A stretch of DNA of 64,000 nt from the human T2T-CHM13v2.0 reference genome, Homo sapiens, in assembly GCA_009914755.4 (NCBI GenBank), contig CP086569.2, positions 12,416,001 through 12,480,000 of the forward strand. Direction: 5' to 3'. The position numbers and the translations under genes are program-made. The first letter of the stretch is position 1; each line of letters opens with the position of its first letter. Of this stretch, positions 26,688 to 40,588 are shown piece by piece. Under the pieces are notes generated by a model, which was given only the letters and a program-made list of their open reading frames with translations, was not told the DNA's origin and made no database searches.

Positions 26688-29600
26688 AATGGAAAGGAAT
26701 GGAATGAACTCGAATGGAATGTACTCAAATGGAATAGAATAGAATGGAATGGAAGTAAATATAATGGACTCGAATGGAATGGATTGGAATAAATTGGAAT
26801 TGAATGTATTGGATTCGATTGGAAAGGAATGGAATGGAATGGAATGGATTCGAATGGAATGGAATCGAATGGAATGGAACGAATTGGAATGTAATTGAAT
26901 GGCGTCGAAAACAGTAGAAAGAAATGAAGTTTAATCGAATGATATCGAATGGAATTGAATGGAATGTACGCGAATGGAATGGACTGGAATGGAATGGACT
27001 CTATGGGAATGAAGAGGAGTGGAGTGGACTCGAATGTCATGGAGACGATTGGAATGGAAAGGAATGCAAAGGAATGGAATGGAATGGAATCTGATGCATC
27101 GCAATGGAATGGAATGGGGTCGAATGGAATAGAATCGAAAGGAATGGCATCCAATGGAATGGAAACGAATTGAATGGAATGGCATGGAATGGAATGGAAA
27201 GGAATATAATGGAAAGGAATCGGATGGAACGGAATGGAATGTAATGGAGTCGAATGGAATAGAATCTAATAGAATTGCATTGATAGGAATGGAATCGAAC
27301 GGACTCGAAAGGATTGGAGCCTAACAGAAGAGAATCGAACAGAATAGCATCAAATGGAATGGAAATGAATGGAATGGAATGGAATGGAATGGAATGGAAT
27401 GGAATGGACACACATGTAATGGACTTGAATGGAATGGAATCAAATAGAATGGACGCGAATGGAATGGTCTCGAATGGAATTTATGAAAATAGAATGGAAT
27501 CGAAATTCATTGAACATTATGGAATGGAATCAAATGGAATGAAATCGAATGGAAGGAACCGGAATGGAATGTACTGGAATAGAACGGACTCGAATGTTAC
27601 GGAAAGAAAAGTAAGTGATTCGGATGTCTTTTAATTGAATGGAATGAAATCAAATGGAATGGAAAGGAATAAAATGGAATGGAATGAAATAGAATGCAAT
27701 AGAATGGAAGGGAGTGGAGTCGAGTTGAATGGAATCGAATTGAATGGAATAGAATGGAATAGAATCAAATGGAATGGATTCGAATGCAATGGAACCGAAT
27801 GGAATGGACTGGAACATAATGGAATCGAAAGGAATGGAAAGGAATTGAATGCAATGGAAAGCAATGGAATCGAATGTAATGGAGTCGTATGTAGTGGAGT
27901 CGAATGGAATGGAATCAAATGGAAGGAAAAGAATACAATCGAATGGAATAGAATAGAATACAACAGAATGAAACGGAGTGGAATCGAGTGGGATGGAATA
28001 GAATTCAATGGAATGGAAAGGAATGGAATCGAATGGAATGGAATCGAATGGAATGGAACCGAACAAAATGGAATTGAACAGATTAGAATCGAATGGATCC
28101 GAATCGAATGGAATGGAATATAAGGGAATGGAATGGAATGGAATGGACCCAAATGTAATGAACTCTAATGAAATGGACTTTAATAGAATGGATTAGAAAA
28201 CAATGGGCTCGAATGGAATTTAATCAAGTCGAATTTAATGGAATGGAATGGAATGCAAAACTATGGAATAGCATCAAATGGAATGGAACAGAATAGAGTG
28301 GAATGGAATGGAATACACAGGTATAGAACAGACTCGAATGTAATGGATTGCAATGTAAGTGATTCAAAGGGAATGGAATCAAATGGAATATAATCAAATG
28401 GAATGGAATGGAGTCCATTGGAATGGAATAAAATGGAATGCAAACAATGGTACAGAACTCATTTGAATCTAGAGGAATGGAATCGAATGCAATGGAAAAG
28501 AATGGAATGGACACGAATGGAATGGATTGGAAACAAATGGAATGGAAAGGATTTTAATCATACAGAACAAAATAGAATGCAATGGACTCGAATGAAATGG
28601 AGTCGAAGAGAATAGTATCAAATGGAAAGGAATGGAATGCAATCGAATCGAATGGAATGTTAATGAAATTAATTGAAAGGAATAGAATGGAATGAAGTGT
28701 AACGGAAAGATATCGAATTGAATGGAATTGAATGGAATGGACACAAACGGAATGGACTGGAATGGAATGAACTCGAAAGGAATGGAATGGAGCGGAACGG
28801 ACTCGAGTGCAATGGAATCGAATGGTATAGAATAGAATGGAATGGAATGGAAAGGAATAGAAGGGAATGGAATCGGATCCAATGGGACAGATTGGAATGG
28901 GGTAGAATTGAATAGAATCGAATGGAATGGCATCGAATGTAATGGAATGGAATGGACTCGAATGGAATGGAGTGACATGTAATGGAATCGAAAGGAATGG
29001 AATCGAATGAAATGGAATTGAATGGAATAGAAAGGAATAGAATGGAATGGAGTTTAATGGAAAGATATTAAAAGTAATGGAATGGAATTGAGTGGACACG
29101 AATGGAATGGACTGGAATGGAAAGGACTCGAATGAAATGGAGCGCATTAGAATGGACTCGAATGGAATGGATTGGAGTGGAATGGTCTCGAATGGATTGG
29201 AAACGAATGGAATGGAAAGGAGTAGAATGGAATGTAATCAAATGGAACGAAATGGAATGGAATGGATTCGACTGGAACAGAATTGAATGGAGTGGAATTG
29301 ATTGGAATGGAATGCAATCGAATGGAATGAACACGAATGGAATAGAATGAAATGAAATGGCATAGAATGGAATGGAATGGAATGGAATGGAATGGAATGG
29401 AATGGAATGGAATGGAATGGAATGGCATGGCATGGAATGTGATGGAATGGAATGAAATTGATTGGAATGGGATGGGCCCAAAAGTAAAGGACTCAAATAA
29501 AAGGGACTCAAATAGAATGAATTGGAAAGAAACGGTCTCGAATGTAATTCATTCGAATGGAATGATATTGAATGGAATGCAATAGTATGGAATGGTATCG

Positions 29601-30498
29601 AATAGAATGGAATAGAATGGAATGGAATGGAACGGAATGGAGTGCATTTGAACGGACTCAAATGCAATAAATTGCAATATAATTGATTCAAATGGAATGG
29701 AATCGAATAGAATGTAAACAAACGGAATGGAAGGCAATGCAATGGAAAGGAATCGAATGAAATGGACCCGAGTGGAATGGACTCACATAGAACAGCCTTG
29801 AATGTAATGGATGACAATGTATTAGATTCGAAAGGACTGAAATCGAATGGAATGTAATCAAATAGAACGGAATTGAATGCATGGAATGGCATAGAAAGTA
29901 ATGCAATGGAATGGAATAGACTGGAATGGAATGGAATCGGATGGAATGTAATGAAATGTAATGGAAGGAATGCCATGGAATGGAATGGAATGGAATGCAA
30001 TGGGCCGGTGTATAATGGAGTGCAATGGAATTCAGTGGAATGTAGTCAATAGGAATGAAATAGAATGGAATTCAATATAAGGGAATGGCATCCAATGGCA
30101 AGGAATGGAGTGGACTCCAATGGAAACAACATGAAAGGAATATAATATAATGGAATGGCATTGAACGAAATGGAAAGCAATGGAGTTAAAAGGTAAGATA
30201 TCGAATGGAAAAGAATTGAATGGACTCGAATGGAATATAACGGAATGGAATGGACTCGAATGGAATGTACTAGAGTTGAATGGAATCGAATGGAATGGAA
30301 AACAGTGGAAAGGAAAGGAAGGGAATTGAAAGGAAAGGAATAGAATGGAATGGAATCGGATAGAATGGAATTGAATGGAATGGAAACTAAAGGAATAGAA
30401 TAGAAAGGAATGGCATTGAATGGAATGGAATGGAATGGAATCAGATGGAACAGAAAGGAATGGAATAGAATCGAATGGTATGGCATCGAATGGATTGG
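26688..30498 (+). repeat. HOR unit U8 (3811 bp)
   Basis: Landmark offset (26931-243) and a collinear match to the other units. Confidence 0.85.
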
Positions 30499-33400
30499 AA
30501 TGGAAAGGAATGGAATGAACTCGAATGGAATGTACTCAAATGGAATAGAATAGAATGGAATGGAAGTAAATATAATGGACTCGAATGGAATGGATTGGAA
30601 TAAATTGGAATTGAATGTATTGGATTCGATTGGAAAGGAATGGAATGGAATGGAATGGATTCGAATGGAATGGAATCGAATGGAATGGAACGAATTGGAA
30701 TGTAATTGAATGGCGTCGAAAACAGTAGAAAGAAATGAAGTTTAATCGAATGATATCGAATGGAATTGAATGGAATGTACGCGAATGGAATGGACTGGAA
30801 TGGAATGGACTCTATGGGAATGAAGAGGAGTGGAGTGGACTCGAATGTCATGGAGACGATTGGAATGGAAAGGAATGCAAAGGAATGGAATGGAATGGAA
30901 TCTGATGCATCGCAATGGAATGGAATGGGGTCGAATGGAATAGAATCGAAAGGAATGGCATCCAATGGAATGGAAACGAATTGAATGGAATGGCATGGAA
31001 TGGAATGGAAAGGAATATAATGGAAAGGAATCGGATGGAACGGAATGGAATGGAATGGAGTCGAATGGAATAGAATCTAATAGAATTGCATTGATAGGAA
31101 TGGAATCGAACGGACTCGAAAGGATTGGAGCCTAACAGAAGAGAATCGAACAGAATAGCATCAAATGGAATGGAAATGAATGGAATGGAATGGAATGGAA
31201 TGGAATGGAATGGAATGGACACACATGTAATGGACTTGAATGGAATGGAATCAAATAGAATGGACGCGAATGGAATGGTCTCGAATGGAATTTATGAAAA
31301 TAGAATGGAATCGAAATTCATTGAACATTATGGAATGGAATCAAATGGAATGAAATCGAATGGAAGGAACCGGAATGGAATGTACTGGAATAGAACGGAC
31401 TCGAATGTTACGGAAAGAAAAGTAAGTGATTCGGATGTCTTTTAATTGAATGGAATGAAATCAAATGGAATGGAAAGGAATAAAATGGAATGGAATGAAA
31501 TAGAATGCAATAGAATGGAAGGGAGTGGAGTCGAGTTGAATGGAATCGAATTGAATGGAATAGAATGGAATAGAATCAAATGGAATGGATTCGAATGCAA
31601 TGGAACCGAATGGAATGGACTGGAACATAATGGAATCGAAAGGAATGGAAAGGAATTGAATGCAATGGAAAGCAATGGAATCGAATGTAATGGAGTCGTA
31701 TGTAGTGGAGTCGAATGGAATGGAATCAAATGGAAGGAAAAGAATACAATCGAATGGAATAGAATAGAATACAACAGAATGAAACGGAGTGGAATCGAGT
31801 GGGATGGAATAGAATTCAATGGAATGGAAAGGAATGGAATCGAATGGAATGGAATCGAATGGAATGGAACCGAACAAAATGGAATTGAACAGATTAGAAT
31901 CGAATGGATCCGAATCGAATGGAATGGAATATAAGGGAATGGAATGGAATGGAATGGACCCAAATGTAATGAACTCTAATGAAATGGACTTTAATAGAAT
32001 GGATTAGAAAACAATGGGCTCGAATGGAATTTAATCAAGTCGAATTTAATGGAATGGAATGGAATGCAAAACTATGGAATAGCATCAAATGGAATGGAAC
32101 AGAATAGAGTGGAATGGAATGGAATACACAGGTATAGAACAGACTCGAATGTAATGGATTGCAATGTAAGTGATTCAAAGGGAATGGAATCAAATGGAAT
32201 ATAATCAAATGGAATGGAATGGAGTGCATTGGAATGGAATAAAATGGAATGCAAACAATGGTACAGAACTCATTTGAATCTAGAGGAATGGAATCGAATG
32301 CAATGGAAAAGAATGGAATGGACACGAATGGAATGGATTGGAAACAAATGGAATGGAAAGGATTTTAATCATACAGAACAAAATAGAATGCAATGGACTC
32401 GAATGAAATGGAGTCGAAGAGAATAGTATCAAATGGAAAGGAATGGAATGCAATCGAATCGAATGGAATGTTAATGAAATTAATTGAAAGGAATAGAATG
32501 GAATGAAGTGTAACGGAAAGATATCGAATTGAATGGAATTGAATGGAATGGACACAAACGGAATGGACTGGAATGGAATGAACTCGAAAGGAATGGAATG
32601 GAGCGGAACGGACTCGAGTGCAATGGAATCGAATGGTATAGAATAGAATGGAATGGAATGGAAAGGAATAGAAGGGAATGGAATCGGATCCAACGGGACA
32701 GATTGGAATGGGGTAGAATTGAATAGAATCGAATGGAATGGCATCGAATGTAATGGAATGGAATGGACTCGAATGGAATGGAGTGACATGTAATGGAATC
32801 GAAAGGAATGGAATCGAATGAAATGGAATTGAATGGAATAGAAAGGAATAGAATGGAATGGAGTTTAATGGAAAGATATTAAAAGTAATGGAATGGAATT
32901 GAGTGGACACGAATGGAATGGACTGGAATGGAAAGGACTCGAATGAAATGGAGCGCATTAGAATGGACTCGAATGGAATGGATTGGAGTGGAATGGTCTC
33001 GAATGGATTGGAAACGAATGGAATGGAAAGGAGTAGAATGGAATGTAATCAAATGGAACGAAATGGAATGGAATGGATTCGACTGGAACAGAATTGAATG
33101 GAGTGGAATTGATTGGAATGGAATGCAATCGAATGGAATGAACACGAATGGAATAGAATGAAATGAAATGGCATAGAATGGAATGGAATGGAATGGAATG
33201 GAATGGAATGGAATGGAATGGAATGGAATGGCATGGCATGGAATGTGATGGAATGGAATGAAATTGATTGGAATGGGATGGGCCCAAAAGTAAAGGACTC
33301 AAATAAAAGGGACTCAAATAGAATGAATTGGAAAGAAACGGTCTCGAATGTAATTCATTCGAATGGAATGATATTGAATGGAATGCAATAGTATGGAATG

Positions 33401-34304
33401 GTATCGAATAGAATGGAATAGAATGGAATGGAATGGAACGGAATGGAGTGCATTTGAACGGACTCAAATGCAATAAATTGCAATATAATTGATTCAAATG
33501 GAATGGAATCGAATAGAATGTAAACAAACGGAATGGAAGGCAATGCAATGGAAAGGAATCGAATGAAATGGACCCGAGTGGAATGGACTCACATAGAACA
33601 GCCTTGAATGTAATGGATGACAATGTATTAGATTCGAAAGGACTGAAATCGAATGGAATGTAATCAAATAGAACGGAATTGAATGCATGGAATGGCATAG
33701 AAAGTAATGCAATGGAATGGAATAGACTGGAATGGAATGGAATCGGATGGAATGTAATGAAATGTAATGGAAGGAATGCCATGGAATGGAATGGAATGGA
33801 ATGCAATGGGCCGGTGTATAATGGAGTGCAATGGAATTCAGTGGAATGTAGTCAATAGGAATGAAATAGAATGGAATTCAATATAAGGGAATGGCATCCA
33901 ATGGCAAGGAATGGAGTGGACTCCAATGGAAACAACATGAAAGGAATATAATATAATGGAATGGCATTGAACGAAATGGAAAGCAATGGAGTTAAAAGGT
34001 AAGATATCGAATGGAAAAGAATTGAATGGACTCGAATGGAATATAACGGAATGGAATGGACTCGAATGGAATGTACTAGAGTTGAATGGAATCGAATGGA
34101 ATGGAAAACAGTGGAAAGGAAAGGAAGGGAATTGAAAGGAAAGGAATAGAATGGAATGGAATCGGATAGAATGGAATTGAATGGAATGGAAACTAAAGGA
34201 ATAGAATAGAAAGGAATGGCATTGAATGGAATGGAATGGAATGGAATCAGATGGAACAGAAAGGAATGGAATAGAATCGAATGGTATGGCATCGAATGGA
34301 TTGG
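30499..34304 (+). repeat. HOR unit U9 (3806 bp)
   Basis: Landmark offset (30742-243) and a collinear match to the other units. Confidence 0.85.
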
Positions 34305-37300
34305 AATGGAAAGGAATGGAATGAACTCGAATGGAATGTACTCAAATGGAATAGAATAGAATGGAATGGAAGTAAATATAATGGACTCGAATGGAATGGA
34401 TTGGAATAAATTGGAATTGAATGTATTGGATTCGATTGGAAAGGAATGGAATGGAATGGAATGGATTCGAATGGAATGGAATCGAATGGAATGGAACGAA
34501 TTGGAATGTAATTGAATGGCGTCGAAAACAGTAGAAAGAAATGAAGTTTAATCGAATGATATCGAATGGAATTGAATGGAATGTACGCGAATGGAATGGA
34601 CTGGAATGGAATGGACTCTATGGGAATGAAGAGGAGTGGAGTGGACTCGAATGTCATGGAGACGATTGGAATGGAAAGGAATGCAAAGGAATGGAATGGA
34701 ATGGAATCTGATGCATCGCAATGGAATGGAATGGGGTCGAATGGAATAGAATCGAAAGGAATGGCATCCAATGGAATGGAAACGAATTGAATGGAATGGC
34801 ATGGAATGGAATGGAAAGGAATATAATGGAAAGGAATCGGATGGAACGGAATGGAATGGAATGGAGTCGAATGGAATAGAATCTAATAGAATTGCATTGA
34901 TAGGAATGGAATCGAACGGACTCGAAAGGATTGGAGCCTAACAGAAGAGAATCGAACAGAATAGCATCAAATGGAATGGAAATGAATGGAATGGAATGGA
35001 ATGGAATGGAATGGAATGGAATGGAATGGACACACATGTAATGGACTTGAATGGAATGGAATCAAATAGAATGGACGCGAATGGAATGGTCTCGAATGGA
35101 ATTTATGAAAATAGAATGGAATCGAAATTCATTGAACATTATGGAATGGAATCAAATGGAATGAAATCGAATGGAAGGAACCGGAATGGAATGTACTGGA
35201 ATAGAACGGACTCGAATGTTACGGAAAGAAAAGTAAGTGATTCGGATGTCTTTTAATTGAATGGAATGAAATCAAATGGAATGGAAAGGAATAAAATGGA
35301 ATGGAATGAAATAGAATGCAATAGAATGGAAGGGAGTGGAGTCGAGTTGAATGGAATCGAATTGAATGGAATAGAATGGAATAGAATCAAATGGAATGGA
35401 TTCGAATGCAATGGAACCGAATGGAATGGACTGGAACATAATGGAATCGAAAGGAATGGAAAGGAATTGAATGCAATGGAAAGCAATGGAATCGAATGTA
35501 ATGGAGTCGTATGTAGTGGAGTCGAATGGAATGGAATCAAATGGAAGGAAAAGAATACAATCGAATGGAATAGAATAGAATGCAACAGAATGAAACGGAG
35601 TGGAATCGAGTGGGATGGAATAGAATTGAATGGAATGGAAAGGAATGGAATCGAATGGAATGGAATCGAATGGAATGGAACCGAATGGAATGGAATGGAA
35701 CAAAATGGAATTGAACAGATTAGAATCGAATGGATCCGAATCGAATGGAATGGATTATAATGGAATGGAATGGAATGGAATGGAATGGAATGGAATGGAC
35801 CCAAATGTAATGAACTCTAATGAAATGGACTTTAATAGAATGGATTAGAAAACAATGGGCTCGAATGGAATTTAATCAAGTCGAATTTAATGGAATGGAA
35901 TGGAATGCAAAACTATGGAATAGCATCAAATGGAATGGAACAGAATAGAGTGGAATGGAATGGAATACACAGGTATAGAACAGACTCGAATGTAATGGAT
36001 TGCAATGTAAGTGATTCAAAGGGAATGGAATCAAATGGAATATAATCAAATGGAATGGAATGGAGTGCATTGGAATGGAATAAAATGGAATGCAAACAAT
36101 GGTACAGAACTCATTTGAATCTAGAGGAATGGAATCGAATGCAATGGAAAAGAATGGAATGGACACGAATGGAATGGATTGGAAACAAATGGAATGGAAA
36201 GGATTTTAATCATACAGAACAAAATAGAATGCAATGGACTCGAATGAAATGGAGTCGAAGAGAATAGTATCAAATGGAAAGGAATGGAATGCAATCGAAT
36301 CGAATGGAATGTTAATGAAATTAATTGAAAGGAATAGAATGGAATGAAGTGTAACGGAAAGATATCGAATTGAATGGAATTGAATGGAATGGACACAAAC
36401 GGAATGGACTGGAATGGAATGAACTCGAAAGGAATGGAATGGAGCGGAACGGACTCGAGTGCAATGGAATCGAATGGTATAGAATAGAATGGAATGGAAT
36501 GGAAAGGAATAGAAGGGAATGGAATCGGATCCAACGGGACAGATTGGAATGGGGTAGAACTGAATAGAATCGAATGGAATGGCATCGAATGTAATGGAAT
36601 GGAATGGACTCGAATGGAATGGAGTGACATGTAATGGAATCGAAAGGAATGGAATCGAATGAAATGGAATTGAATGGAATAGAAAGGAATAGAATGGAAC
36701 GGAGTTTAATGGAAAGATATTAAAAGTAATGGAATGGAATTGAGTGGACACGAATGGAATGGACTGGAATGGAAAGGACTCCAATGAAATGGAGCGCATT
36801 AGAATGGACTCGAATGGAATGGATTGGAGTGGAATGGTCTCGAATGGATTGGAAACGAATGGAATGGAAAGGAGTAGAATGGAATGTAATCAAATGGAAC
36901 GAAATGGAATGGAATGGATTCGACTGGAACAGAATTGAATGGAGTGGAATTGATTGGAATGGAATGCAATCGAATGGAATGAACACGAATGGAATAGAAT
37001 GAAATGAAATGGCATAGAATGGAATGGAATGGAATGGAATGGAATGGAATGGAATGGAATGGAATGGAATGGAATGGCATGGCATGGAATGTGATGGAAT
37101 GGAATGAAATTGATTGGAATGGGATGGGCCCAAAAGTAAAGGACTCAAATAAAAGGGACTCAAATAGAATGAATTGGAAAGAAACGGTCTCGAATGTAAT
37201 TCATTCGAATGGAATGATATTGAATGGAATGCAATAGTATGGAATGGTATCGAATAGAATGGAATAGAATGGAATGGAATGGAACGGAATGGAGTGCATT

Positions 37301-38150
37301 TGAACGGACTCAAATGCAATAAATTGCAATATAATTGATTCAAATGGAATGGAATCGAATAGAATGTAAACAAACGGAATGGAAGGCAATGCAATGGAAA
37401 GGAATCGAATGAAATGGACCCGAGTGGAATGGACTCACATAGAACAGCCTTGAATGTAATGGATGACAATGTATTAGATTCGAAAGGACTGAAATCGAAT
37501 GGAATGTAATCAAATAGAACGGAATTGAATGCATGGAATGGCATAGAAAGTAATGCAATGGAATGGAATAGACTGGAATGGAATGGAATCGGATGGAATG
37601 TAATGAAATGTAATGGAAGGAATGCCATGGAATGGAATGGAATGGAATGCAATGGGCCGGTGTATAATGGAGTGCAATGGAATTCAGTGGAATGTAGTCA
37701 ATAGGAATGAAATAGAATGGAATTCAATATAAGGGAATGGCATCCAATGGCAAGGAATGGAGTGGACTCCAATGGAAACAACATGAAAGGAATATAATAT
37801 AATGGAATGGCATTGAACGAAATGGAAAGCAATGGAGTTAAAAGGTAAGATATCGAATGGAAAAGAATTGAATGGACTCGAATGGAATATAACGGAATGG
37901 AATGGACTCGAATGGAATGTACTAGAGTTGAATGGAATCGAATGGAATGGAAAACAGTGGAAAGGAAAGGAAGGGAATTGAAAGGAAAGGAATAGAATGG
38001 AATGGAATCGGATAGAATGGAATTGAATGGAATGGAAACTAAAGGAATAGAATAGAAAGGAATGGCATTGAATGGAATGGAATGGAATGGAATCAGATGG
38101 AACAGAAAGGAATGGAATAGAATCGAATGGTATGGCATCGAATGGATTGG
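34305..38150 (+). repeat. HOR unit U10 (3846 bp), a 'type B' variant.
   Basis: Landmark offset (34548-243). It has extra pentamers near 35680-35700 ('ggaaccgaatggaatggaatggaacaaaatgg') and an expanded pure tract at 35757-35800. 'gaatagaattgaatgg' at about 35621 replaces canonical 'gaatagaattcaatgg'. Confidence 0.85.
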
Positions 38151-40588
38151 AATGGAAAGGAATGGAATGAACTCGAATGGAATGTACTCAAATGGAATAG
38201 AATAGAATGGAATGGAAGTAAATATAATGGACTCGAATGGAATGGATTGGAATAAATTGGAATTGAATGTATTGGATTCGATTGGAAAGGAATGGAATGG
38301 AATGGAATGGATTCGAATGGAATGGAATCGAATGGAATGGAACGAATTGGAATGTAATTGAATGGCGTCGAAAACAGTAGAAAGAAATGAAGTTTAATCG
38401 AATGATATCGAATGGAATTGAATGGAATGTACGCGAATGGAATGGACTGGAATGGAATGGACTCTATGGGAATGAAGAGGAGTGGAGTGGACTCGAATGT
38501 CATGGAGACGATTGGAATGGAAAGGAATGCAAAGGAATGGAATGGAATGGAATCTGATGCTTCGCAATGGAATGGAATGGGGTCGAATGGAATAGAATCG
38601 AAAGGAATGGCATCCAATGGAATGGAAACGAATTGAATGGAATGGCATGGAATGGAATGGAAAGGAATATAATGGAAAGGAATCGGATGGAACGGAATGG
38701 AATGTAATGGAGTCGAATGGAATAGAATCTAATAGAATTGCATTGATAGGAATGGAATCGAACGGACTCGAAAGGATTGGAGCCTAACAGAAGAGAATCG
38801 AACAGAATAGCATCAAATGGAATGGAAATGAATGGAATGGAATGGAATGGAATGGAATGGAATGGAATGAACTCGAAAGGAATGGAATGGAGCGGAACGG
38901 ACTCGAGTGCAATGGAATCGAATGGTATAGAATAGAATGGAATGGAATGGAAAGGAATAGAAGGGAATGGAATCGGATCCAACGGGACAGATTGGAATGG
39001 GGTAGAATTGAATAGAATCGAATGGAATGGCATCGAATGTAATGGAATGGAATGGACTCGAATGGAATGGAGTGACATGTAATGGAATCGAAAGGAATGG
39101 AATCGAATGAAATGGAATTGAATGGAATAGAAAGGAATAGAATGGAATGGAGTTTAATGGAAAGATATTAAAAGTAATGGAATGGAATTGAGTGGACACG
39201 AATGGAATGGACTGGAATGGAAAGGACTCGAATGAAATGGAGCGCATTAGAATGGACTCGAATGGAATGGATTGGAGTGGAATGGTCTCGAATGGATTGG
39301 AAACGAATGGAATGGAAAGGAGTAGAATGGAATGTAATCAAATGGAACGAAATGGAATGGAATGGATTCGACTGGAACAGAATTGAATGGAGTGGAATTG
39401 ATTGGAATGGAATGCAATCGAATGGAATGAACACGAATGGAATAGAATGAAATGAAATGGCATAGAATGGAATGGAATGGAATGGAATGGAATGGAATGG
39501 AATGGAATGGAATGGAATGGCATGGAATGTGATGGAATGGAATGAAATTGATTGGAATGGGATGGGCCCAAAAGTAAAGGACTCAAATAAAAGGGACTCA
39601 AATAGAATGAATTGGAAAGAAACGGTCTCGAATGTAATTCATTCGAATGGAATGATATTGAATGGAATGCAATAGTATGGAATGGTATCGAATAGAATGG
39701 AATAGAATGGAATGGAATGGAACGGAATGGAGTGCATTTGAACGGACTCAAATGCAATAAATTGCAATATAATTGATTCAAATGGAATGGAATCGAATAG
39801 AATGTAAACAAACGGAATGGAAGGCAATGCAATGGAAAGGAATCGAATGAAATGGACCCGAGTGGAATGGACTCACGTAGAACAGCCTTGAATGTAATGG
39901 ATGACAATGTATTAGATTCGAAAGGACTGAAATCGAATGGAATGTAATCAAATAGAACGGAATTGAATGCATGGAATGGCATAGAAAGTAATGCAATGGA
40001 ATGGAATAGACTGGAATGGAATGGAATCGGATGGAATGTAATGAAATGTAATGGAAGGAATGCCATGGAATGGAATGGAATGGAATGCAATGGGCCGGTG
40101 TATAATGGAGTGCAATGGAATTCAGTGGAATGTAGTCAATAGGAATGAAATAGAATGGAATTCAATATAAGGGAATGGCATCCAATGGCAAGGAATGGAG
40201 TGGACTCCAATGGAAACAACATGAAAGGAATATAATATAATGGAATGGCATTGAACGAAATGGAAAGCAATGGAGTTAAAAGGTAAGATATCGAATGGAA
40301 AAGAATTGAATGGACTCGAATGGAATATAACGGAATGGAATGGACTCGAATGGAATGTACTAGAGTTGAATGGAATCGAATGGAATGGAAAACAGTGGAA
40401 AGGAAAGGAAGGGAATTGAAAGGAAAGGAATAGAATGGAATGGAATCGGATAGAATGGAATTGAATGGAATGGAAACTAAAGGAATAGAATAGAAAGGAA
40501 TGGCATTGAATGGAATGGAATGGAATGGAATCAGATGGAACAGAAAGGAATGGAATAGAATCGAATGGTATGGCATCGAATGGATTGG
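38151..40588 (+). repeat. HOR unit U11, an internally deleted variant (2438 bp, about 1.38 kb missing).
   Basis: Landmark ORFs fall at 38394 and then 40832, giving a spacing of 2438 rather than about 3.8 kb. Sequence 38821-38880 joins HOR position about 700 ('aatggaaatgaatggaatgg...') directly to HOR position about 2078 ('...ggaatgaactcgaaaggaatggaatggagcggaacggactcgagtgc'). Confidence 0.85.
38830..38868 (+). other. Deletion junction inside a pure (AATGG)n run in U11.
   Basis: The left flank matches the HOR tract that normally precedes 'gacacacatgtaatggac'. The right flank matches the HOR tract 'ctggaatggaatgaactcg' at about 2076-2090. The crossover cannot be placed more precisely than within the shared pentamers. 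Confidence 0.75.
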
